Shown: piece by piece, positions 11,814 to 21,600 of the stretch
Layout of the letters: the number at the start of each line of letters is the position of its first letter
How positions within the stretch are numbered: position 1 is the first letter of the stretch
Assembly: GCA_963716725.1 (NCBI GenBank)
Contig: CAVQUB010000015.1
Span: 224,001-288,000 of the forward strand
Origin: an uncultured delta proteobacterium
GTDB lineage: Bacteria > Myxococcota_A > Polyangia > Polyangiales > Polyangiaceae
Direction: 5' to 3'
DNA length: 64,000 bases
Notes under the pieces: generated by a model
Told to the model about the DNA's origin: nothing
What the model saw: the letters and a program-made list of their open reading frames with translations, nothing else
Databases searched by the model: none
Position numbers and translations under genes: made by a program

Positions 11814-13427
11814 TCACTCCGGCGTTTGAGTCTTGGCGCTCGCTGAGCCGGTCACCGCGGCGGACGAGCTGCCAGAGCTGAACGTGCCTACCCAGCTGCC
11901 CGCGAGGGCGCTCGGTCGGGCGAGGTCGTCCACTGTGGCTTGCGCGGCGGCGGCGATCGTGAGCGACGCGCTGGGGGCCGCCGCTGCCGCGGAAGCGTCG
12001 CGAGCGTGGCTCCAGAGCAGAGCGAGGCCGTCACGACACAGGTCCTGCGCACAGAGGGCATCACAACCGGAGAACGCCACGGCGGGCCCGCTACCCGCCG
12101 CGACGAGCGCCTGGGCGACAGTCTGACAACCCACGACCTGAGCCAGGGCCTGAGGCACGCTCGATGCCGCGGGGACCTTGGCTTTGGCGGGCGCGAGGGC
12201 CAGTGAGGCGACGAGGCGGGACGGCAGGAGCGCGAACGCAACACTCATCGCGACGGTGTCGTCCGGATGTGGTTTCCATGACGCCAAGTACGTCGTCGGA
12301 GCGCCGGCCTCGGAGGCGTTGGCGCCTCCGAGGGTTTCGAGTTCGAACCAAGCGTTCGAAGCGTTGCCGCTCGCGCTCGACAGACGTCCCCGGAAGGCGT
12401 CGGGAGAGGCGAAGCTCTCGGCGCCTTGCGTGAGCCAGGGCTCGAGCTTGGCGCGGATCGCATTTGGCCCCCCCATTGCGGTCTGGACCACGGTGTCCCA
12501 GTTCCCGGTCTTGCGAGCTGCTTGAAAGCCCGAAGCTTGCCCGGCGTCCGTCGTCGCGGCCTGCATGGCATCGAGCAGCGCCGAGGCGTCGTTCGATGCG
12601 GGGGACAGCGCCACGAGCATGGAGTCGACCTGGAGCAGATCGCTCCACTTGCCCTTGCCGGCGTCGAGCCCGAGCACCACGTCCAGCTTGGTGTCGCCCA
12701 GCTTGATCGGGATGTCGACGACGGTCACCGTTAGCTCTTGGACCTGGCCTGCACCGAGGCTGGTCATTTCCTCACAGCCGACGATGGACTCGGCTCCCCG
12801 CAGCGTCACCGCCAGCGCCGGGCCCACCGGCACGTCGTCGACCTGCGGGATCGCTGGAGACGCCGCGGACGCCTTGAGGTCGCCGTCCTTCAGCAACTCG
12901 CCGGAGAGCTCCGCGCAAGTCACGCCAGTCCGGACACTGGCGAGCCAGTACGACACGCCGCGCTTGCCGCCGTACTCGGGGCCCACCTTCAGCGACCCGA
13001 AGCCACTCGCACTGACGCTCACGGCCACGTTGGCCGTGACTTTTTCCCCTGAGCTGGCCCGGAGGCTGAAGGCTCGAGCCGAGCTCGGCGCGATGACGGA
13101 CACCGTCGCGCGACCGTCCGAGCCCGTCGTCGTTTCGCTCTTGTCGAGGGAAGCGTCGTCGTAGTCTCCGAGCAGGGCGAGCCGCACCGGGTACTGACCG
13201 GGCGGAGTGGCCACGACGGTGAGCGTTTGCGTCTCGCCGGGCACGAGCGTGAGCGTGCTCGACGGAACGAAGGAGAGCGAGGTGGGACCAGCGGTCACAC
13301 CGCCCGAACCGCCGCCGCCGCCCGAGCCGCCGCCGGCTGCGTCGCTTCCACACGCCGCGCACGCGAGCGCGGCGCCGAGCAGAAGAGCCCAGCGGGCGCT
13401 TCCGAGCAATTGCAGCGAGCTGGCCAT
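11814..13427 (-). CDS. Hypothetical lipoprotein with Gly-rich linker and Ig-like N-terminal region
   Basis: Signal peptide with ACAAC lipobox, GGGSGGGGGSGG linker, paired Cys residues. Confidence 0.7.
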   Translation of the reverse strand: MASSLQLLGSARWALLLGAALACAACGSDAAGGGSGGGGGSGGVTAGPTSLSFVPSSTLTLVPGETQTLTVVATPPGQYPVRLALLGDYDDASLDKSETTTGSDGRATVSVIAPSSARAFSLRASSGEKVTANVAVSVSASGFGSLKVGPEYGGKRGVSYWLASVRTGVTCAELSGELLKDGDLKASAASPAIPQVDDVPVGPALAVTLRGAESIVGCEEMTSLGAGQVQELTVTVVDIPIKLGDTKLDVVLGLDAGKGKWSDLLQVDSMLVALSPASNDASALLDAMQAATTDAGQASGFQAARKTGNWDTVVQTAMGGPNAIRAKLEPWLTQGAESFASPDAFRGRLSSASGNASNAWFELETLGGANASEAGAPTTYLASWKPHPDDTVAMSVAFALLPSRLVASLALAPAKAKVPAASSVPQALAQVVGCQTVAQALVAAGSGPAVAFSGCDALCAQDLCRDGLALLWSHARDASAAAAAPSASLTIAAAAQATVDDLARPSALAGSWVGTFSSGSSSAAVTGSASAKTQTPE

Positions 13428-13540
13428 GTCGAAGGAGAAGCGTGAAAGACCTCACAAGCGTAGACTTTTGGCCCGACAAAGCAAGGAGCGCGCTGGGGTC
13501 ATGCGCTGGCTCCGACCTGCGTGTTATGGAAGGGATCGGG

Positions 13541-14971
13541 ATGGAGTCGCTGGTTCCCCGCCCCCGCAAGGTGCTCGTCGTGGACGACGAGCCGTCCATC
13601 CGACAGCTGCTGCAGATTGCGCTTCGGCGGGAAGGCTACGACGTGGTCACGGTGGGGGGGTACCGTGCGGCCACGGAGGCGATCGCGAGCAGCCAGCAGT
13701 CGTTCCCAGTGGTGCTGACCGACCTCTCCATGCCCGACGGATCGGGATTCGACGTGATCGCCGCCGCCAAGCGCCGTGACCCAGCCAGCGAGGTGATCTT
13801 GATCACCGCCCACTCTACCGTCGAGAACGCCATCACGGCCATGCGCGGCGGCGCCTACGACTTCGTGACGAAGCCCTTTCAGCCGGCTGAGCTCCTCGCG
13901 CTCGTCCAGAAGGCGCTGGAGAAGCACGAGCTGAGCGCCGAAAACACCCGGCTGCGCGCGCGCATCGAGCGATCCGACAGCGGCGTGCTCGGGCGCAGTC
14001 CCGCCATGCGCGCCGTAATGGATCTCGTCGACCGCGTCGCTTCGACCAAGACCACGGTGTTGATCACGGGCGAGAGTGGCACGGGCAAAGAGCGGGTTGC
14101 GCGCGCGATCCACGAGCGCTCGGATCGCCAGGCGGGACCCTTCTTGGTCGTGAACTGCGGCGCGCTGCCCGAAGCGCTGATGGAAAGCGAGCTGTTTGGC
14201 CATGAAAAGGGCGCTTTCACCGGAGCACAGCAGCGACACCGCGGCCTGTTTCGCGAGGCAGATGGCGGCACGCTCATGCTCGACGAGGTCGGCGAGCTGC
14301 CCCTGTCGCTGCAGGTGAAGTTGTTGCGAGTGCTGCAGGAGCGGAGCGTGCGTGCCGTGGGTTCGACGCAGGAGACCCCCGTCGATGTGCGCCTGCTCGC
14401 TGCCACCAACCGCGACATCGAAGCGGAGGTCGCCAGCGGGGGCTTTCGGCAAGACCTCTACTATCGATTGAACGTGATTCGGCTGCCGCTGCCGCCGCTG
14501 CGAGAACGGCGCGACGACATCCCACTGATGGCGGAGCGATTCTTGCGGCGGTTTGCCGCGGAGATGGGCAAGGACGTCGCGGGCTTCACGTCGGATGCGC
14601 TTCGGGCCCTGGAGCGCTACGACTACCCCGGCAACGTGCGCGAGCTCGAGAACGTCGTCGAGCGCTCAGTGGCGCTGGCCGACTCCCGATCGATCGGCCT
14701 CGGGGACCTGCCCACCGAGGTGGCCGGAGCCGCGAGCGCGCCGGCGGGCGAGATCCTCACCTTGCCCCCCGAAGGCGCGAACCTCGACGAGATCTTGAAC
14801 GAGGTGGAGCGCCGTCTCCTGCTCTCGGCGCTGGACCGCACCGACGGCAACCGCACGGCCGCGGCGAAGCTCCTGGGCATCACCTTCCGCTCGCTGCGCT
14901 ACCGGCTGTCGAAGCACGGCCTCGGGAGCGACGACGAGCCGACTTCCGAGGATCCGGCAGGTCCGCAATAA
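13541..14971 (+). CDS. pilR: Sigma-54-dependent response regulator, PilR/NtrC family
   Basis: REC domain (VVDDE, TDLSMP), Walker A GESGTGKE, GAFTGA, YPGNVREL and HTH LGITFRSLRYRL typical of PilR. Directly upstream of pilin genes. Confidence 0.88.
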   Translation: MESLVPRPRKVLVVDDEPSIRQLLQIALRREGYDVVTVGGYRAATEAIASSQQSFPVVLTDLSMPDGSGFDVIAAAKRRDPASEVILITAHSTVENAITAMRGGAYDFVTKPFQPAELLALVQKALEKHELSAENTRLRARIERSDSGVLGRSPAMRAVMDLVDRVASTKTTVLITGESGTGKERVARAIHERSDRQAGPFLVVNCGALPEALMESELFGHEKGAFTGAQQRHRGLFREADGGTLMLDEVGELPLSLQVKLLRVLQERSVRAVGSTQETPVDVRLLAATNRDIEAEVASGGFRQDLYYRLNVIRLPLPPLRERRDDIPLMAERFLRRFAAEMGKDVAGFTSDALRALERYDYPGNVRELENVVERSVALADSRSIGLGDLPTEVAGAASAPAGEILTLPPEGANLDEILNEVERRLLLSALDRTDGNRTAAAKLLGITFRSLRYRLSKHGLGSDDEPTSEDPAGPQ

Positions 14972-15049
14972 CTTCCGAGCCCGCTAGCGGTTGCGAGGCC
15001 GAAAACGGGAGTGTCTCCGGGTACCTGGGCTAGAATGCACGGGCGACCA

Positions 15050-15065
15050 TGGAACGGCCCGTGCA
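15050..15065 (+). promoter_or_regulatory. Sigma-54 (-24/-12) promoter of the first pilin gene
   Basis: TGGAACGGCCCGTGCA = GG-N10-GC matching TGGCACG-N4-TTGCW. Ends 16 nt before ATG 15082. Confidence 0.7.
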
Positions 15066-15081
15066 TGTCAACTCGCGATCC

Positions 15082-15642
15082 ATGTCCCCGCGCGCGCACA
15101 AAAGACGTCGTCGACTGCGGGCGTTCACCCTGGTGGAGCTGATGGTGGTGGTGCTGCTCGTGGGCATCCTGGCCACGGTGGGGATCGTCACCTTCCGACA
15201 GTGGGTGTTCCACTCGCGGTCGGTGGAGGCCTTCGGAATGGTGCAGAGCGTTCGCGTAGCCCAGGAGCGTTGGCGAGCCGAGACCGGCAGCTATCTGGAC
15301 GTGTCCACCACCATGACGTCCTGGTATCCGATGCCGGCGCCCGGCCGGACCCTGTGGGATTGGAACCAGGCGTCGGGCGCAGACTATGGCAAGTGGATGC
15401 GGCTCAATCCGACTGTTTCTGGGCCGCTCCAGTTCGCCTACGTGACCAAGGCCGGGGCGCCTTTCACGGCCATGCCCGCGCCGTCGACCGCCGAGCAGCC
15501 GGCCTGGCCTGCAGCTAACGCGATGACGCAGCCGTGGTACGTGATCCAAGCGATGGGCGACACGGACGCCGATGGGGTCAAGTCCTACTACGTCGCCGCC
15601 AGCCTGACCGGCGAGATCCTCCGCGAGAACGAAGGCGAGTGA
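15082..15642 (+). CDS. Type IV pilin-like protein 1 (aromatic-rich, Cys-free)
   Basis: Basic leader, RA|FTLVELMVVV class III signal with Glu5. 172-aa mature protein ending GDTDADG...ENEGE. Confidence 0.9.
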   Translation: MSPRAHKRRRRLRAFTLVELMVVVLLVGILATVGIVTFRQWVFHSRSVEAFGMVQSVRVAQERWRAETGSYLDVSTTMTSWYPMPAPGRTLWDWNQASGADYGKWMRLNPTVSGPLQFAYVTKAGAPFTAMPAPSTAEQPAWPAANAMTQPWYVIQAMGDTDADGVKSYYVAASLTGEILRENEGE

Positions 15643-15711
15643 GCGAGCTGTTCGCTCTGCCGCCGCGTTGCTGCGTGTGCTGCCGTGTGCGTGCGGCGTT
15701 TACCCTGGTCC

Positions 15712-15759
15712 CTGTCAGGTCTCGTCACCCCCTCGAGGACGAGTGACGAGAATCGTCAC
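15712..15759 (+). promoter_or_regulatory. Putative PilR enhancer (two upstream activator sites)
   Basis: Palindrome GTGACGA-GAA-TCGTCAC (15743-15759) and a degenerate copy CTGTCAGGTCTCGTCAC (15712-15728), 31 bp apart, upstream of a sigma-54 promoter. Confidence 0.6.
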
Positions 15760-15832
15760 CTCAATTGGCCGCCGCCGCGCGCGACGTGCGACAATCCGGG
15801 CAATGAGCTGGAGACCTCGCGTAGCGCGCCGC

Positions 15833-15848
15833 TGGTACGGAAGCTGCA
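15833..15848 (+). promoter_or_regulatory. Sigma-54 (-24/-12) promoter of pilin 2 and probably pilA
   Basis: TGGTACGGAAGCTGCA = GG-N10-GC. Ends 14 nt before ATG 15863. Confidence 0.75.
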
Positions 15849-15862
15849 CTGCCCAGTCTACG

Positions 15863-16402
15863 ATGCGCATCGGTCGTTCGCAGCGCGGATTCACTCTCGT
15901 CGAGTTGATGGTCGTAGTGACCATCGTCGGCGTGCTCGCGACGCTCGCGGTGTACGGAATGAGGAAGTACATCTTCGCCAGCAAGTCGGCGGAGCCGATC
16001 CACATGATCGGGCAGATCAAGACCGCGCAGGAATCGTGGCGCGAAGAATTTCACACCTACTACGACGTCTCGAGTTCGCTGACCGCCTATTATCCGGCGC
16101 CTCCCGACGGCAACAAGCGGCACTGGATCTACCCGTCGCACCTGGAGTACGCGGGGACCTGGCGGCACTTTCCGGTCTCGACGCCCAACCCCGTGAGTTT
16201 CGGCTACGCGGTCGTCGCGGGCGGTCCTGGCGCCCCGCCGCCCCCCCCCAACACCGCGCAGACCTTCAACTGGCCCAACCCGACCACCGAGCCCTGGTTC
16301 GTGATTCAGGCCGCGGGCAACTTCGACGGCGACAGCGTGTTCTCCCTCTTCGTGAGCTCGAGCTTTACGCAAGAGATCTACGTAGAGAACGAAGGCGAAT
16401 GA
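15863..16402 (+). CDS. Type IV pilin-like protein 2 (aromatic-rich, Cys-free)
   Basis: QRG|FTLVELMVVVTIVGVLA class III signal. 170-aa mature protein ending GNFDGDS...ENEGE. Paralog of pilin 1. Confidence 0.92.
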   Translation: MRIGRSQRGFTLVELMVVVTIVGVLATLAVYGMRKYIFASKSAEPIHMIGQIKTAQESWREEFHTYYDVSSSLTAYYPAPPDGNKRHWIYPSHLEYAGTWRHFPVSTPNPVSFGYAVVAGGPGAPPPPPNTAQTFNWPNPTTEPWFVIQAAGNFDGDSVFSLFVSSSFTQEIYVENEGE

Positions 16403-16512
16403 TTCATCGGGCCGCCTGAAGCTTGGGCGGTGACGACTGAGATCTGCGCGCGCGGCGGGTGGCCGGGCGCGACACCCAGACCTGTGCCACCCGTCAGACA
16501 AGGAGAGACCAA

Positions 16513-17106
16513 ATGAAGAAGAAACTGAAGAGGGGTTTTACGCTCGTCGAACTCATGATCGTCGTCGCGATCGTCGGCGTGCTCGCGGCCCTCGCCATCT
16601 ACGGTGTCCGCAAGTACATCGCCAACGCGAAGACGGCAGAGGCCCGCAACTCGCTGGGCAATATGTCCAAGGGCGCTTCGAGCGCGTATGCGCGGGAAGG
16701 CATGTCGGGAACAGTGCTGGACCTCGGTAGCATGGCCGACATCAACAATCGCTTGTGCGGCACCGCGACCGCCATGGTCCCGGCCGCCAAGGCCAGCATT
16801 CAAGGGAGGAAGTACCAGTCCTCGCCGACGGAGTGGTCGGCGGATGGCACCACGGTTCACAAGGGCTTCGCGTGTCTGAAGTTCACCATGGAAGCGCCCC
16901 AGTACTACATGTACAACTACACGCAGACCGGCGGCACCAACGGCGGCGGCAACGGCGCGGCCTTCGCCAGCATTGCCCAAGGCGACCTGAACGGGGATGG
17001 CATCCTGTCGAGCTTCACCATCGCCGGTGAGGTGAAGACGGGCTCCTCGGGTGAGCTGGCGCTGGTGATTGCCCCGAACTTCGTCGAGAGCAATCCGGAG
17101 GAGTGA
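16513..17106 (+). CDS. pilA: Probable major type IV pilin
   Basis: Strong SD (AAGGAGA), MKKKLKRG|FTLVELMIVVAIVGVLAALAI, two Cys, followed by a terminator hairpin. Confidence 0.85.
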   Translation: MKKKLKRGFTLVELMIVVAIVGVLAALAIYGVRKYIANAKTAEARNSLGNMSKGASSAYAREGMSGTVLDLGSMADINNRLCGTATAMVPAAKASIQGRKYQSSPTEWSADGTTVHKGFACLKFTMEAPQYYMYNYTQTGGTNGGGNGAAFASIAQGDLNGDGILSSFTIAGEVKTGSSGELALVIAPNFVESNPEE

Positions 17107-17120
17107 ACCTGCTCTGATGG

Positions 17121-17164
17121 AAATCCACTACGCCTGCGGCATGTCCGCGGGCGTAGTGCATTTT
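17121..17164 (+). terminator. Intrinsic terminator/stabilising hairpin after pilA
   Basis: CACTACGCCTGCGG-catgt-CCGCGGGCGTAGTG (14-bp stem, one G-U pair) followed by CATTTTGT. Confidence 0.75.
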
Positions 17165-17218
17165 GTGGTGCGTGCCGGCGCTTGTGCCGGGCGGTCGAAT
17201 CGGGCAGGTTGCAGCGCC

Positions 17219-17704
17219 GTGCGCTCTGTGACGCCTCTCGAAGCCGCTGTGGCGGTCGCGGTTGCCGGCGCGGTCCTCGCGACGGCCCTGCCTTCCTTCG
17301 TTCGCAACCTGCACGCCTCGAAGCTCGTCGAGCCCATCGACGGGCTAAATCGGATCGCAGTGCGTGCCACCTCGTTGGCGACGGGCCGCCCGGTCGCGTC
17401 GGCTTATCCGGAGAGCGTCGGGCTCACCCCGGCGGAGATCCCCGCCGGCGTCCGGGTGACAGACCCGCCGGGCACCTGGGATCATCCCACCTGGCGCGCT
17501 CTGGAGTTTGGATTCGCGGTGCCGCACTCCTTTAGTTTTGCGTTCGAGAGCGGCGGCAGCGCCGATCACGCGGCGTTTCGAGCCGTCGCGCGGGGAGATC
17601 TCGACGGCGATGGGAGCACGAGCGAGCTCAGCATCTCCGGTCAATCTCGCGAGGGAGGCCCGCCGAGCGTCGCGCCGATGGACATCTACCGTGAAGTCGA
17701 GTGA
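17219..17704 (+). CDS. Degenerate pilin-like protein 4 (start uncertain)
   Basis: RS|VTPLEAAVAVAVAGAVLA retains Glu5 and the hydrophobic helix. Shares W..L.F, F.F and ARGDLDGDG C-terminal motifs with the other pilins. Confidence 0.7.
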   Translation: MRSVTPLEAAVAVAVAGAVLATALPSFVRNLHASKLVEPIDGLNRIAVRATSLATGRPVASAYPESVGLTPAEIPAGVRVTDPPGTWDHPTWRALEFGFAVPHSFSFAFESGGSADHAAFRAVARGDLDGDGSTSELSISGQSREGGPPSVAPMDIYREVE

Positions 17705-18638
17705 CCCGTCGCGCCGCCGGCTCCGGCTGGGTGCTGCCGAACTCGTCGCCGGGGCGGTCATGCTGGTCGCCGCGGTCGCGATTGGCTTCACGCGCCCGCG
17801 GCTCGCGGAACGGTTCCATGGGATCCGCGTCGCGGCCGACGTCTACGCGCTGCCCAGCCCTGAGCAGACCGTCGTGATGAGCCTGGGTTGGCGCTCGGCC
17901 CTCGCGGATTTGATCTTCTCGACGACGCTGGTTTCCTACGGCATCCACATCCAAGAAAAGCGCCGCTTCGAATTCGCTGCCAACTACCTCGACACCGTTA
18001 ACGAGCTCGACCCGAAATTCCGAGCGCCCTACCTGTACGCGGACACGGTGCTCACTCTCGGCGTGGTGAAGCCCCGCGAGCAGGACTACTTACGCGCGCG
18101 AAAGATCGTCGAGCGCGGCATGCAGGAGTTTCCACTGGACGCGCAGCTTTGGACGCAGGGGGGTCAATTCATGGCTTATCTGGCGCCGCAGGCCTTCGAC
18201 GACGAGGCCGTCAAGAAGGAGTGGAAGCTGGAGGGGGCGCGTCGGATGGCGCGGGCCTGCGAGCTGGTCGGCAACGACGAGAACATCCCCTTTCACTGCA
18301 TCACCGCCGCAACCATCTTGTCGAAGGCCGGCGAGCGCGAGGCGACGATCCAGTTCTTGGAGCGCGTGCTCACGGTGGTCGACGATCCGGAAGTTCGCGG
18401 TATCGCCCTGAACTACTTGCAAAAGACCGTGAGCGAGACCGAGCGGGATCGGGTTCAGTGGCGCTCGGAGCGTTTCTCCGACGCTTGGCGCTCGGACTTG
18501 TCGTTTGTCTCCAAGGGCGACCTGCTCGTCGCTGGCCCGCCGCTGGACGTGGCGCGGTGCGCTGGACGCGGAGGAGATCCGGACAGCGGCTGCTTCGTCA
18601 CCTGGCTCGATTGGGGAAGATCCGCGGGGCGAAGGTGA
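17691..18638 (+). CDS. PilG/XapA-like pilus accessory protein (N-terminal TM, TPR-like body)
   Basis: SLGWRSALADL...LDPKFRAPYL pattern resembles proteins found directly after pilA in deltaproteobacterial/myxobacterial pilin loci. Recognised by eye only. Confidence 0.55.
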   Translation: MKSSDPSRRRLRLGAAELVAGAVMLVAAVAIGFTRPRLAERFHGIRVAADVYALPSPEQTVVMSLGWRSALADLIFSTTLVSYGIHIQEKRRFEFAANYLDTVNELDPKFRAPYLYADTVLTLGVVKPREQDYLRARKIVERGMQEFPLDAQLWTQGGQFMAYLAPQAFDDEAVKKEWKLEGARRMARACELVGNDENIPFHCITAATILSKAGEREATIQFLERVLTVVDDPEVRGIALNYLQKTVSETERDRVQWRSERFSDAWRSDLSFVSKGDLLVAGPPLDVARCAGRGGDPDSGCFVTWLDWGRSAGRR

Positions 18639-18642
18639 GCGT

Positions 18643-21600
18643 GTGAGGGCGACCACTCCGCGCGTCGCGATGTTCTTGTTCGGATCCGGCCTCGCGGCTC
18701 TGGTCTATCAGACCGCCTGGGAGCGCATGCTGCGCTTGGTGTTCGGCGCATCGACGGCCGCATCTTCAGCGGTGCTCGCGATCTTTCTGGGCGGGCTCGG
18801 CCTGGGCGGCGTCTGGCTTGGCAAGCGAGCCGAAGCGGCGTCCCGGCCGCTGCTGTTCTACGCAAATCTGGAGATTGGCGTCGCGCTGTTTGCAGCGGTC
18901 ACGCCCTTCTTGGTCGAGCTCGCGGCTCGAATCTACTGGGGCTTGGGTGGAGTCGGGGCGCTGGGCGCAGGAGGGGCGACGCTGGTGCGCCTGCTGCTGT
19001 CGGCAGTGGTCTTGGGCCCGGCCGTCGTGCTCATGGGTGGGACCTTGCCGGCTGCGGCCCGTGCCGTGGAACGCGACGATGACGTCGCCCGGGGTCAGCT
19101 GGCCACGCTCTACGCGTCGAACACCGCCGGCGCCGTGATCGGGGCGTTGCTCGGCACCTTCGTGCTCTTCGAGTTATTCGGCATGCGTTTGGCGCTCTGG
19201 GTCGCCGTGCTGCTCAACCTGCTCGTCGCGATGCTCGCGCGGTACCACGGCAGTCGCCTGGATCCGATCCCGAGCTCGGCGGCGGCACCCTCCGCCGAGT
19301 CCGAGCCCAGCGCGGATGAGCCGGGACGAGTCGTCTCCGGAGCGGTCTACGCTGCGGCGGCCGTGGTCGGCTTCGCCTTCCTCGGGCTCGAGATCGTCTG
19401 GTATCGGATGTTGGGGCCGATCCTCGGGGGGTCGAGCTTCACCTTCGGCTTGATCCTCGCGGTAGCGCTGACGGGCATCGGGATCGGGAGCTTCCTCTAC
19501 ACCCGCCGCAAGCCGAGCCAACCCGCGACGCTCTCGCTGCTCGCCTGGACGGTGGCCCTCGAAGCGGGCTGCGCGCTGTTCCCCCTCGCGCTCGGCGACG
19601 GCGTTGGCCTCTACGCCGCCTACACCCGTCCCATGGCGAACCTCGGATTTTCGGCGCTGGTGGTGAGTTGGATCACGATCGCGTCAGTGGTGGTGCTGCC
19701 GGCGGCCATCGTCGCCGGCTACCAGTTCCCGGTGCTGTTTGCCTTGCTCGGCACAGGCCGCCGCCGGGTCGCTCGTCAGGTGGGGCTCACCTACGCGTTC
19801 AACACTGCCGGATCCATCGTGGGCGCCATCGCCGTGGGGTTCGTGCTGATGCCTCGCATCGGCGCCGTCGGTGCGTGGCGGCTCCTGGCGAGCGTCCTGG
19901 TCGTGCTCGCGTTCTCGCTGATCTGCCTCGAATGGTGGATCGGGCGGCGGGCTGGAGTCCGCCGGGCGTGGCCGGCGATCGTCGCCGGTTTGCTGGCGGC
20001 GACGGCGCTCACCGCCGACGGCCCAACCGCCGTCACCCGACACACGCCCATCGGCGCGGGCCGGGTGAGCATCGCAGAACTCGACAAGAACCAGCTCCGC
20101 GAGTGGAACCACCGCACCCGTTTGCGCCTGCTCTGGGAGCGCGACGGGGTCGAGAGCAGCCTGGCCGTGACTCACGGAACGGGGCTCACCTTCCTGGTCA
20201 GCGGAAAGGCCGACGGCGCCGTCTACGCCGATCGCGGCACGCAGGCCCTCCTCGGGATGATCCCCGCCGTCCTTCACGGCGACGTGAAGAGCGCCTTCGT
20301 GCTCGGGCTCGGCACGGGGATGACCGCGGGCTGGCTCGCGTCCGTCCCGGGAGTGGAGCGCGTGGACGTGGCCGAGCTCGAGCCGGCCATCGTCGAGGTC
20401 GCGCGCGCCGCGTCCGCGGCGAACCAGAACGTGCTCGAGCGTCCCAACGTGCACGTGTTCCTGGGGGACGGGCGCGAGTACCTGCTGACCCACGAACGCA
20501 AATACGATCTCCTGGTGAGCGAGCCGAGCAACCCCTACCGCGCCGGGGTCGCGTCGCTGTTCACGCGGGAGTTCTATGCCGTCGCCGCCGAGCGCCTGAA
20601 GCCCAACGGCATCTTCGCGCAGTGGGTGCAGGGCTACGAAATCGACGTCCAGACCCTGCGGATCGTGCTGGTCACGCTGCGCACGGTGTTTCCCGTCGTC
20701 GAAGCCTGGCACACCCAAGGCGGCGACTTGTTGCTGCTGGCCAGCAGGGAAGCTCGCGTCATCGACGTGGACGGCCTGCGCGGAAGGGTCGGGACCGAGC
20801 CGTTCCGCACGGTGTTCCCTCGCGCCGGCCTGGTGGGGGACGCGGAGGGCGTGCTCGCGCGGTTCCTGGCCAGCGACGAGCTGGTCGGCGCCATCGGGTC
20901 GGCCTCGCCGGCGCCGATCAACACCGACGACGACAACGCCCTGGAATATGCGTTTGCGCGACAAGTGGGGAACTCACTCGGCAGCATCTCGGTCCAGCTG
21001 GCCGCGCTCACGCAGTCCCGCGGCCTGGCGCGTCCCGACGTGCGCGGGACGGTGAACTGGAGGCGGGTGGACGAACTCAGGCGCCGAGGGTGGCTCGTCT
21101 CGGGAGGCGTCGGCGCGCCGGACTTGCCGCTCCCCGATCCCGCGGTTCGGGCGCGTGCACAGGCATTCGAGGCTGGGTGCGGCGGTGATCTGGTGAACGC
21201 GGGACGACTCTGGTTTTCGCAGCCCGACGTGGGCACCCACGACGTCGTGGAGAAGTACGTCGTCGGCGCGATCTTCGCCACGCGCAAGGACGATCGCGCC
21301 CTCGTCCTCGCCCGCGAGCTCGAGCACGAGGGCTACGTCGCTGAATCCCACGTCATTCGAGGGCGGTACTTCTTGGCAAAGAGCATGCTTGCGGAGGCGC
21401 TGGACGCGCTCTTGCTCGCCGTGTCGGAGCTGCGGAAGTCCGGGCTTCCGCTGTGTCACGCTCAGATCCCCGCGATCGAACTGTTGCCGGTCGTCGTGAG
21501 GCGGGATCCGGTGGCCGCCGCCAAGGCAGCGCGCGCTCTCTTGATCGGCCCCCTCGCGGCCTACAACCACGAAGAGCGACGGATCGGCATCGCGCAGCAG

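Noticed and set aside
15082..17704. Silent pilin cassettes or an invertible antigenic-variation system
   Set aside because: Each copy has its own N-terminal helix. No recombinase or long shared DNA repeats were seen.
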